Translations under genes and position numbers: made by a program
From: Aliivibrio sifiae
Lineage (GTDB): Bacteria; Pseudomonadota; Gammaproteobacteria; Enterobacterales; Vibrionaceae
Assembly (NCBI RefSeq): GCF_002954715.1
Contig: NZ_MSCP01000003.1
Span: 9,159 to 33,158, forward strand
Reading direction: 5' to 3'
Length of the DNA: 24,000 bases
In this document: positions 8,281 through 16,113 of the stretch, one piece after another
How the letters are laid out: each line of letters starts with the position of its first letter
Numbering within the stretch: position 1 is the first letter of the stretch
Notes under the pieces: model-generated
Databases searched by the model: none
Told to the model about the DNA's origin: nothing
The model's input: the letters and a program-made list of their open reading frames with translations, nothing else

Positions 8281-10263
8281 ATGAAACTCTCTGCTAAACC
8301 TGTTTCACTTGCTGTATTAGCTGGCTTAGGCTTACTAACGATTTCTGGCTGCACACCATCGCCAGTAGATACAAACGAAGTGATTAAATTGCGTGTTGTC
8401 GAAACAACAGATATCCATACCAACCTAATGGATTACGATTACTACAAAGATAAGCCATCTCAAAAAATTGGTTTAGCACGTACAGCAACACTAGTAAAAG
8501 AAGCTCGCGGCGAAGTGATAAACAGTGTTCTTGTTGATAATGGTGATTTGCTGCAAGGTAGCCCAATGGGTGACTATATGGCAGATAAGGGCTTGGAAGC
8601 TGGTGAAGTTCACCCTGCTTACAAAGCAATGAACCAATTAGATTACGATGCGGGCAACATCGGTAACCATGAATTCAATTACGGTTTAGATTTCTTAGCG
8701 GAATCTATCAATGACGCCGATTTCCCTTATATCAGTGCTAATGTTTATGACGCAAAAACAAAAGAACATTATTTCAAGCCTTATGTAATTAAAACTCACA
8801 CGTTTAAAGACACTGCGGGCGTAGATCATGAAATTAAGGTTGGTTATATCGGTTTTGTCCCACCACAAATTATGGTGTGGGATAAGAAAAACCTTGAAGG
8901 AAAAGTATTCGCTCGTGATATCAAAGAAACAGCGGAAGAACTGATCCCACAAATGAAGAAAGAAGGTGCAGACGTAATCGTTGCAATTCCTCATTCAGGT
9001 GTATCAACAGATCCATACAAGCAAGGTGAGGAGAACTCTACTTATTTCTTATCTGAAGTAGACGGTATTGATGCGATAGCCTTTGGTCACTCTCATGCTG
9101 TTTTCCCTGGCAAAGGGTTTGACAACCTACAAGGTATCGATAATGAAAACGGTACGATGAATGGCGTAGCAGCAGTAATGCCTGGACGTTGGGGTAGCCA
9201 CGTCGGTGTGATGGATTTAACACTTAAACAGAAAGATGGTAAATGGTCGGTTGTTAATGGAGAGTCGGAAGCTCGCCCTATCTTTGATAAAGAAAACAAC
9301 AAATCATTAGCTGTTGCTGATGAAGGTATCGTAAAAGCATTAGAAGCGGATCATAAAGGTACTCGTGATTTCGTAAATCAACCGATTGGTAAAGCTGACG
9401 ATGTTATGTATAGCTTCTTAGCATTAGTACAAGATGACCCTACAGTTCAAATCGTTAACCTCGCGCAAAAAGATTACGTGGAGCGTTTCATTCAAGGGGA
9501 CCCTGATTTAGATGGTACTCCTGTACTTTCTGCTGCTGCTCCATTTAAAGCCGGCGGTCGTGGAAATGACCCAACAAACTTCACTGAAGTTGAATCGGGC
9601 CAATTAACGTTCCGTAATGCGGCTGATTTATACCTATACCCTAATACGCTAGTTGCGATGAAGGTAACAGGTAAAGAAGTGAAAGAATGGCTTGAGTGTT
9701 CTGCTGGTCAGTTCCAACAAATCGACATCAATAGTACAGCACCTCAACAGTTAATTGATTGGGATGGTTTCCGTACTTATAACTTTGATGTCATTGATGG
9801 CGTTAACTACCAAATTGATATAACTCAACCTGCAAAATATGATGGCGACTGTAATGTCATTAACGAAGGTTCTGAACGTATTGTCGGTTTAACTTACCAA
9901 GGCAAACCAATTGATGCGAAACAAGATTTTCTTATCGCAACCAATAACTACCGTGCTTACAGCAATAAGTTCCCGGGTACTGGTACTGACTTTATCGCGT
10001 TTGATTCTCCTGATGAAAACCGTACCGTTCTTTCTAATTACATAACACGAGTAAGTAAAGAAGAGGGACAAGTTAAGCCATCAGCAGATAACAACTGGTC
10101 TTTTGCACCAATTGAAGGTGGGGAAAAACTGGATATCCGCTTTGAAACATCACCAACAGAAAAAGCAGCTCAATTCATTAAAGACAAAGGTCAATACCCA
10201 ATGAAGAAAGTCGCAACGGACGATGTTGGCTTTGCCGTTTACAGTATTAACCTGAGTAAATAA
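8281..10263 (+). CDS. cpdB: 2',3'-cyclic-nucleotide 2'-phosphodiesterase / 3'-nucleotidase, predicted lipoprotein form
   Basis: Metallophosphatase motifs [14 protein letters not shown] and GNHEFNYG, followed by a 5'-nucleotidase-type C-terminal domain. I place the start at ATG 8281 (GGAG at 8271-8274) rather than the track's TTG at 8269. The signal peptide ends in the lipobox ISGC (Cys codon 8350-8352). Confidence 0.9.
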   Translation: MKLSAKPVSLAVLAGLGLLTISGCTPSPVDTNEVIKLRVVETTDIHTNLMDYDYYKDKPSQKIGLARTATLVKEARGEVINSVLVDNGDLLQGSPMGDYMADKGLEAGEVHPAYKAMNQLDYDAGNIGNHEFNYGLDFLAESINDADFPYISANVYDAKTKEHYFKPYVIKTHTFKDTAGVDHEIKVGYIGFVPPQIMVWDKKNLEGKVFARDIKETAEELIPQMKKEGADVIVAIPHSGVSTDPYKQGEENSTYFLSEVDGIDAIAFGHSHAVFPGKGFDNLQGIDNENGTMNGVAAVMPGRWGSHVGVMDLTLKQKDGKWSVVNGESEARPIFDKENNKSLAVADEGIVKALEADHKGTRDFVNQPIGKADDVMYSFLALVQDDPTVQIVNLAQKDYVERFIQGDPDLDGTPVLSAAAPFKAGGRGNDPTNFTEVESGQLTFRNAADLYLYPNTLVAMKVTGKEVKEWLECSAGQFQQIDINSTAPQQLIDWDGFRTYNFDVIDGVNYQIDITQPAKYDGDCNVINEGSERIVGLTYQGKPIDAKQDFLIATNNYRAYSNKFPGTGTDFIAFDSPDENRTVLSNYITRVSKEEGQVKPSADNNWSFAPIEGGEKLDIRFETSPTEKAAQFIKDKGQYPMKKVATDDVGFAVYSINLSK

Positions 10264-10722
10264 TTTCGTTAAGTCATTAGATTGATGGTGAAAAATAGAA
10301 ATAGCATCGTTATTTAACGGTGCTGTTTTTTTACATAAACCATAAAATAACGTATTAGCAGCCAAGCTCCCCGTAAAAATATTAATTAAAATAAGTAACA
10401 CTTGAATATAATCATCAATATTTATCTTGGTTAGCCCTAGCCACTCCACTTCTATCCAACTCGCTAACAATTCCTCTTTTGCAGACAGTACATCTATTGA
10501 TGCAAACGTCCCTAAAATAATTAATAGCACACTGCAAAGTACATAATGAAACCATTGGTCTGCATATACGATTGCACTAAGTAAATTAAAAATTAAAACG
10601 CCATAAGCCAAAAATGAGAAAAAATAAAACACTTCATAAATATGAAAAACGAAAGCCGCAATAAAGAAAACGACAAAAAAGCCTGCCGCAATATCTAGGT
10701 GTAACCAAAACCTTATATTCAT
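10150..10722 (-). CDS. Hypothetical polytopic membrane protein
   Basis: 190-aa ORF in an AT-rich, stop-rich context. The first ~130 aa form about four hydrophobic helices ([62 protein letters not shown]). The last ~38 codons are antisense to the cpdB 3' end and may not be genuine coding sequence. Confidence 0.5.
   Translation of the reverse strand: MNIRFWLHLDIAAGFFVVFFIAAFVFHIYEVFYFFSFLAYGVLIFNLLSAIVYADQWFHYVLCSVLLIILGTFASIDVLSAKEELLASWIEVEWLGLTKINIDDYIQVLLILINIFTGSLAANTLFYGLCKKTAPLNNDAISIFHHQSNDLTKLFTQVNTVNGKANIVRCDFLHWVLTFVFNELSCFFCW
10303..10332 (+). terminator. Candidate rho-independent terminator of cpdB
   Basis: AGCATCG (10303-10309) pairs with CGGTGCT (10318-10324), giving 7 bp including one G-U and an 8-nt loop. 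It is followed by GTTTTTTT (10325-10332), 40 nt after the cpdB stop. Confidence 0.5.
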
Positions 10723-10807
10723 AAATAAACCAAATCAAAATGAACCAATTATTAATCACAAGCTCAAATTAAAACAAATGAGAAACATATATTTACATTT
10801 TTTTAAT

Positions 10808-10820
10808 AGAGTGCCACTCT
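10808..10820. promoter_or_regulatory. Palindrome AGAGTG-C-CACTCT immediately upstream of the DedA-first operon
   Basis: Read directly. It lies 25-37 nt upstream of ATG 10845, just before the AAAAGGAGGG ribosome-binding site. It is a possible operator, with no known consensus assigned. Confidence 0.25.
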
Positions 10821-10844
10821 AAATAAATAAGAAAAGGAGGGTTT

Positions 10845-11435
10845 ATGAATGATTTAATCACCAATATACAAGAAGCATTGTTTACATATCAGAGCTCTGA
10901 ACTCTCTATTTTTATCGGCATAATTCTACTGTCTTACTTACTTGAAGACTTAGCCATCATCACTGCAGCAAGCCTATCTTCACAAGAAATGATTACACCT
11001 ATCATAGGCCTAACGGCAGCTTTTATTGGTATCGCCAGTGGGGATTTAGGATTGTATTTCTTAGGCCGACTCTCTATTCGCTTTCGACTACTTCGATATA
11101 AAACTTTAACCAATACTCATTTACGTTACTTAAGGAAAAAACTCCAATCCAATCCTATGCTTAATTTATTCATTATTCGTTTTATTCCGGGATTAAGGAC
11201 CATTGGCTTTACGTTGAGTGGCGTATTTCATATCCGTATATTCACCTTTTTTATCGCAGTAATGGGAGCAACGGCAGTGTGGACATCCATTGTTTTTCCT
11301 AGTGTGTACTTTTTGGGGAGTAGTCACTGGGTAAAAACTAGTGAACATCAATGGCTATTAATTCCAGTCATGACATTGGTTTTATTTATCACAAATCGAT
11401 TTGCAAAAAAGAAAATTTCAAAGGAACTGACGTAA
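10845..11435 (+). CDS. DedA/VTT-domain family inner-membrane protein
   Basis: 196 aa with a strong SD (AAGGAGGG). It has several TM helices and the DedA-like motifs LLEDLAIITAASL ... GDLGLYFLGR ... FIIRFIPGLRTIGFTLSG. Confidence 0.75.
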   Translation: MNDLITNIQEALFTYQSSELSIFIGIILLSYLLEDLAIITAASLSSQEMITPIIGLTAAFIGIASGDLGLYFLGRLSIRFRLLRYKTLTNTHLRYLRKKLQSNPMLNLFIIRFIPGLRTIGFTLSGVFHIRIFTFFIAVMGATAVWTSIVFPSVYFLGSSHWVKTSEHQWLLIPVMTLVLFITNRFAKKKISKELT

Positions 11436-12562
11436 TGGTTAATAACATCAATACGATTACCACCGGTCATATCAATGCAGGTATGCCACAACTAGAGTCA
11501 GACACTCATCGTAGTGTGTCGCCTTATGAATTTTTACCAAGCTGGTTTTTTTACACTCCAGTAGTTATACAAAGTTTTTTTCTTGGTATAAAACATTTTG
11601 ATTTCGCACTTCCTCTGATTGCTAATCCATCAATAAAATTAAGTGGCATGATTGGTGAGTCTAAACACGATATTTTAACTCTTGCAGGTCCAATAGCTCA
11701 GCAATGGATATCTCCATTTACCACTATCACAACGACTAGCACCCCTATTTTGCAGCAAACTCAAAACGCCATTGAAGCCATGGATAAGCAACACCTTTCT
11801 TTCCCTGTTGTTGCTAAGCCTGATTTAGGTTGTCGTGGTGTTGGCGTTAAATTAATTCAATCCCCAAAGCAGTTGAGTGAATATTTTAGTTCTTTTCCCA
11901 TCAATGCACGTTTTTTAATCCAAGAAAAAGCACCTTACTCAGCTGAAGCGGGAATTTTTTATGTTCGTTATCCAAATGAAAAAAAAGGAAAAATAATTTC
12001 GATAACCCTTAAATATTCTCCGTTTGTTGTTGGAGATGGCACTAGCACATTAAAACAGTTAATAGAAAATGACAGCAGAGCCGGACAATTGGCTCATTTG
12101 TACTTACCTCGTCATGAAGAAAAGTTAAATACCATTTTAGAAAAGGGAAAAGAATTCCAACTCGCCTTTGCTGGTAGCCATAGCCGAGGATCTATTTTTA
12201 GAGATGGGAATCAATACATCACAGAAGCATTAGCTGAACGACTAGACCAAATATTTAATGATTTAGAAGGATTTCACTACGGTAGGTTGGATGTGAAATT
12301 TAAAGACATTTTCGATTTAATGAATGGCGATAATTTTACTATTTTAGAAATTAATGGGGCGAGCAGCGAAGCCGCTCATATTTGGGATAGAAATACGCCT
12401 CTAAAAACGATTTTTTCCACCTTATTACTGCAATACAAAATCTTATTTGAAATTGGTGCACTGCAAAAAAAACAAGGTCATCACTCCCCAAAAATAAAAG
12501 AACTATTGGCTGCATGGAAAGAAGAAAAGCAACTGACTCTTCAATACCCACCAACCGATTAG
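11435..12562 (+). CDS. ATP-grasp family amide-bond ligase with ~130-aa N-terminal extension
   Basis: I place the start at ATG 11435-11437, overlapping the upstream TAA (TAATG); the track's earlier start lies inside the DedA gene. ATP-grasp hallmarks are FPVVAKPDLGCRGVGVKLI, FLIQEK and FTILEINGASSEAAHIWD. Confidence 0.8.
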   Translation: MVNNINTITTGHINAGMPQLESDTHRSVSPYEFLPSWFFYTPVVIQSFFLGIKHFDFALPLIANPSIKLSGMIGESKHDILTLAGPIAQQWISPFTTITTTSTPILQQTQNAIEAMDKQHLSFPVVAKPDLGCRGVGVKLIQSPKQLSEYFSSFPINARFLIQEKAPYSAEAGIFYVRYPNEKKGKIISITLKYSPFVVGDGTSTLKQLIENDSRAGQLAHLYLPRHEEKLNTILEKGKEFQLAFAGSHSRGSIFRDGNQYITEALAERLDQIFNDLEGFHYGRLDVKFKDIFDLMNGDNFTILEINGASSEAAHIWDRNTPLKTIFSTLLLQYKILFEIGALQKKQGHHSPKIKELLAAWKEEKQLTLQYPPTD

Positions 12563-12577
12563 ATAAAGGAGTTTTTC

Positions 12578-13120
12578 ATGCCAACACCTGCCTTACAAGA
12601 CATACATCAATCACCAGTTATTAGTGGTTGTATAGATGAATTACAAAAAGGAATTTCTTTATTAAATTCAATTAGCGATAGTGATTATATCCACCTTGCT
12701 TTGCCTTATGTAGAAAGTACTATCGGTGAGCATTTCCGACATATATTAGATTTGTTTCAATCATTAATTCAAAAAGATCATCATGGGCCAATTGATTACA
12801 ATGTTCGTCGTCGAGGTCATGAGATAGAAACAAATAAGAAACTAGCCATCACAGAACTTAATGATGTTATTCGTTGGTTAGATCTTTTCCCTATTGGGCG
12901 CCTCACCTCTTCAATATCATTAATTACCGAGGTTTGTCCTTATAAAAAACAAGAGCACACTATGACTTCAAGCATTGAACGAGAAATTACCTTTGCTGCT
13001 CTCCATGCGTCTCATCATTACGCGTTAATTAAAGTTATCACCCTTTCAATCGGTATAACTACTCAATCAAACTTTGGATTAGCACCAACGACAACCACCT
13101 ATTTGCGAGGGGAAGCCTAA
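12578..13120 (+). CDS. DinB-superfamily (DinB_2/YfiT-like) protein
   Basis: 180 aa with AAGGAG 6 nt upstream of the ATG. A His-triad-like pattern is present: TIGEHFRHILD near the N-terminus and ALHASHHYALI near the C-terminus. Confidence 0.65.
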   Translation: MPTPALQDIHQSPVISGCIDELQKGISLLNSISDSDYIHLALPYVESTIGEHFRHILDLFQSLIQKDHHGPIDYNVRRRGHEIETNKKLAITELNDVIRWLDLFPIGRLTSSISLITEVCPYKKQEHTMTSSIEREITFAALHASHHYALIKVITLSIGITTQSNFGLAPTTTTYLRGEA

Positions 13121-13866
13121 TGTGTACTCTTTCTTGGTTTAGTACCCCAACAGGTTATGAATTATTTTTTAATCGAGATGAGCAACGCTCTAGAACAGAT
13201 GCATTAGCGCCCCAATTATTCCAAGAAAATAATGTGTATTACATTATGCCAATCGATCCTGTTGGTGAAGGCAGCTGGATTTCACTTAACAATCACGGGA
13301 TCTCACTCTGTCTATTAAATTACTATCAGGGGGAAATTGCCCCTAACAATGCATTAAGTCGCGGATTACTTGTAAAAGAGCTAGCATCTTGTGATGGTGT
13401 AAATTCCATTCAGAAAATACTTTCTAACATGGACCTATCACGCTTTGCTTCCTTTACTTTATTAATCTTTCACTCTGATGACTCAATAAAACATAAAAGC
13501 GTTCAAGGGTTTCGCTGGGATGGAAAGCGGTTTACATCAATTGCTCCTAGTTCACCCATGATCTCCTCTTCTGTCGATGCTGATAATGTCATCAAGCATC
13601 GCTTATCTGTTTATAAGCAACTAACAGACTCTGGAGTAAACAGACAAACACTGAATCAATTCCATCAACACCATCATTCTAAACTAGGACATCGTTCTCC
13701 TTGTATGCATCGTCAAGATGCCCAAACGGTCAGTTTTACTCACATCATTGTCGATAATAAAAAGAATACATTACGTTATCTTCCGAGTTCACCATGTCAA
13801 ACAAAAAAGTATTTGGCCTATGATGTACCCTCCCATTCATACGACAATACTCACTCATACAGTTAA
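13120..13866 (+). CDS. NRDE / TANGO2-family protein (Ntn-hydrolase-like, Cys2)
   Basis: 248 aa. Its ATG overlaps the upstream TAA (TAATG at 13118-13122). The N-terminus MCTLSW has Cys at position 2, and the eponymous NRDE motif is at 13171-13182 (LFFNRDEQRSR). Confidence 0.8.
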   Translation: MCTLSWFSTPTGYELFFNRDEQRSRTDALAPQLFQENNVYYIMPIDPVGEGSWISLNNHGISLCLLNYYQGEIAPNNALSRGLLVKELASCDGVNSIQKILSNMDLSRFASFTLLIFHSDDSIKHKSVQGFRWDGKRFTSIAPSSPMISSSVDADNVIKHRLSVYKQLTDSGVNRQTLNQFHQHHHSKLGHRSPCMHRQDAQTVSFTHIIVDNKKNTLRYLPSSPCQTKKYLAYDVPSHSYDNTHSYS

Positions 13867-13883
13867 CCCATAAGGTCATGATT

Positions 13884-14324
13884 ATGAAAAAGTTATTATG
13901 TTTTTTTATATTATTATTTAGCCAAGCAACGTTTGCATCAGACGCTATTTATACTGGTTTTTTTAGTAATAAAGCAATTGATGGTTATGACAGTGTTAGC
14001 TACTTCACTGCAGAAAAACCACTAAAAGGAAGCTCTGAATTTGTAACCTCTTATATGAATGCCGATTGGTATTTTATATCTCAAGAAAACTTAGATTTAT
14101 TTAGCGAAAATCCTACAAAATACGCGCCTCAATATGGGGGGTTCTGTGCTTGGGCTATCGCAGCAAAAAATGATCGAGCTCCTGGTGATCCGAATCAATT
14201 TTCAATTGTTGATGGGAAACTGTATTTAAATTATGACGCAGGCGTCAAAGCTCTGTGGGAAAAAGACATTCAGGGCTTCATCACGAAAGGCGATAAAAAC
14301 TGGCCTAAGTTATTAAAAAATTAA
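13884..14324 (+). CDS. Exported YHS-domain protein
   Basis: I place the start at ATG 13884 (AAGG 8 nt upstream) rather than 13878. It has the signal peptide MKKLLCFFILLFSQATFA and the motifs AIDGYDSVSYF, YAPQYGGFCAWAIA and IVDGKLYLNY, as in the family annotated YHS domain-containing (seleno)protein. Confidence 0.75.
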   Translation: MKKLLCFFILLFSQATFASDAIYTGFFSNKAIDGYDSVSYFTAEKPLKGSSEFVTSYMNADWYFISQENLDLFSENPTKYAPQYGGFCAWAIAAKNDRAPGDPNQFSIVDGKLYLNYDAGVKALWEKDIQGFITKGDKNWPKLLKN

Positions 14325-14337
14325 AGGAATATAATTT

Positions 14338-16095
14338 ATGGTTACGAGTCCATTTAGACTTCCTAGAGTTACACCTTTTGGGATTGGAGAATCTTTTGCA
14401 GAATGGGTTACTGGATTAAATCGTTTGGATTCCCATTATCAAGATCGTCCTCTGGGATTAAATAGTTTTGAGTTTATGCGTTATACCCTTCAACGCTTGA
14501 ATGTGACTTATGATATTCATCAAGGTAAATTAAATTTCATTCCAAAAACAGGGCCAGTCGTAATTGTAGCTAATCATCCATTAGGAGCTTTAGAAGGGGT
14601 GATATTAGCTGAAATGATAGGACGCATTCGTCCAGATGTAAAAGTATTAGCTAATAAATATTTAAAACAAATACCTGAAATTAGTGAATTATTTATAGGC
14701 GTCGATGTTTTTGAAACAAAGCAGGCAAAAAAAAACAATACCAACGCTTTACGAGAAGCCCATCAACACTTAGCAAATAAGGGGGCTTTAATTATTTTTC
14801 CCGCAGGTGAAGTCTCTACTTACAATAAAGAAACAAAACTATTATCCGATAAACGGTGGAGCTATTCTGCTGCAAAGTTTATTGAAAAACACAATGCCAC
14901 GACCGTACCTATTTACATTGATGGTAAAAATAGCCAAACGTTCTACCTTGCTGGAAAGCTCCATCCATTATTAAGAACATTAATGTTGGGTCGAGAAATG
15001 CTCAATAAAAAAGAGAATACTATTCACCTATCTATCGGGGCTGCAATTCCTCACAAAGAACTCTCTAGTTTCAATTCTCCTATTGAAGTAATTAATTATT
15101 TAAGACTAAATACCTATTTACTCGCTACCAATACTGACAACGAAACGCCAGTAAAGGCACCATCTCAAGCTTTATCTCCAGTAATTTCACCAATTGACAT
15201 TTCGATTTTAAAACACGAAATAGAATCACTCCCCAGTGATGCTAAATTATTGGAGCAAAATGGACTTTCTGTTTACTGCACTAAAAGCAAAGCTATTCCC
15301 AATATAATGCAGGAAATAGGACGGATAAGAGAGGTCACTTTCAGAGAGGTAGGTGAAGGTACAGGTCTTGCTTGTGATTTAGATGAATATGATACGCACT
15401 ATTATCATCTTTTTATTTGGCACCAAGATAATCAAGAAGTTGTAGGTTCATATCGATTAGGATTAGTGGACGAGCTCATCTCTAATTTTGGATTAGATGG
15501 GTTGTATTCTCGAAGCCTATTTAATTATCAACAACCATTTATTGATACGCTCAATTATTCTATTGAGGTTGGGCGATCTGTTGTTGCTAAAAAATATCAA
15601 CGAAATGTCAGTTCATTACTTCTGTTGTGGAAAGGAATCTCAACGTTTGTTTATCAGCGACCTAAATATACTCATTTATTTGGTCCTGTAAGTATTAGTA
15701 ATGATTACAGTTTATCTGCTCGTCAATTAATCGCATCTACGCTTGCTATCCATCATTACGATAATAAAAAAGCCGCTTTAGTCTCCGCAACAACACCATT
15801 AAAACCTGCACTAAAAAAAGTATGGAATGGCGATATGCTATCTCTGCTCGGAGATCTCAAGCTGTTATCAAAAGTATTAAGTCGAATTGAGAAAGGGAAA
15901 GGTTTACCCGTTCTACTGCGTCAATACATAGGTCTAAATGGAAAGCTTGTTTGCTTTAATGTTGATCCTGATTTCAATGATGCCCTCGATGGATTAATAG
16001 TGGTAGATATGAGTAATGTGCCACATAAAACATTAAGTAAATACATGGGGAAAGAAGAAGCGATGTGCTACCTTGAAAAACATCATCGTTGCTGA
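14338..16095 (+). CDS. Bifunctional lipid acyltransferase: N-terminal PlsC-like O-acyltransferase fused to C-terminal GNAT-type N-acyl amino acid synthase (OlsF-like)
   Basis: 585 aa. The N-terminal domain has VIVANHPLGALEG and IIFPAGEVS, which are acyltransferase blocks I and III. The C-terminal half has RIREVTFREVGEGTG...DEYDTHYYHLFIWHQDNQEVVGSYRLG, typical of OlsB/hemolysin-like N-acyltransferases. Confidence 0.8.
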   Translation: MVTSPFRLPRVTPFGIGESFAEWVTGLNRLDSHYQDRPLGLNSFEFMRYTLQRLNVTYDIHQGKLNFIPKTGPVVIVANHPLGALEGVILAEMIGRIRPDVKVLANKYLKQIPEISELFIGVDVFETKQAKKNNTNALREAHQHLANKGALIIFPAGEVSTYNKETKLLSDKRWSYSAAKFIEKHNATTVPIYIDGKNSQTFYLAGKLHPLLRTLMLGREMLNKKENTIHLSIGAAIPHKELSSFNSPIEVINYLRLNTYLLATNTDNETPVKAPSQALSPVISPIDISILKHEIESLPSDAKLLEQNGLSVYCTKSKAIPNIMQEIGRIREVTFREVGEGTGLACDLDEYDTHYYHLFIWHQDNQEVVGSYRLGLVDELISNFGLDGLYSRSLFNYQQPFIDTLNYSIEVGRSVVAKKYQRNVSSLLLLWKGISTFVYQRPKYTHLFGPVSISNDYSLSARQLIASTLAIHHYDNKKAALVSATTPLKPALKKVWNGDMLSLLGDLKLLSKVLSRIEKGKGLPVLLRQYIGLNGKLVCFNVDPDFNDALDGLIVVDMSNVPHKTLSKYMGKEEAMCYLEKHHRC

Positions 16096-16113
16096 CTTAG
16101 ACCAATTTAAATA

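Noticed and set aside
7338-10071. ORFs 7338-7532, 8241-8423, 8384-8629, 8695-8994, 9038-9223, 9093-9302 and 9889-10071
   Set aside because: They lie antisense to, or overlap, cysD, the cpdB leader or cpdB. Their composition is implausible (Cys/His/Arg-rich or Phe-rich) and they have no coupling signals. I treat them as shadow ORFs.
10723-10844. A Pho box upstream of the OlsF-like operon, since ornithine-lipid synthesis is phosphate-regulated in some bacteria
   Set aside because: I could not find two CTGTCAT-like 7-mers spaced by 4 nt in this spacer. The nearest candidates share only 3-4 positions.
11351-11434. Track start of the ATP-grasp ORF at 11351, 85 nt inside the DedA gene
   Set aside because: The in-frame ATG at 11435 forms a classic TAATG stop/start overlap with the DedA gene. 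The 28 extra residues (MAINSSHDIGFIYHKSICKKENFKGTDV) look like out-of-frame DedA sequence.
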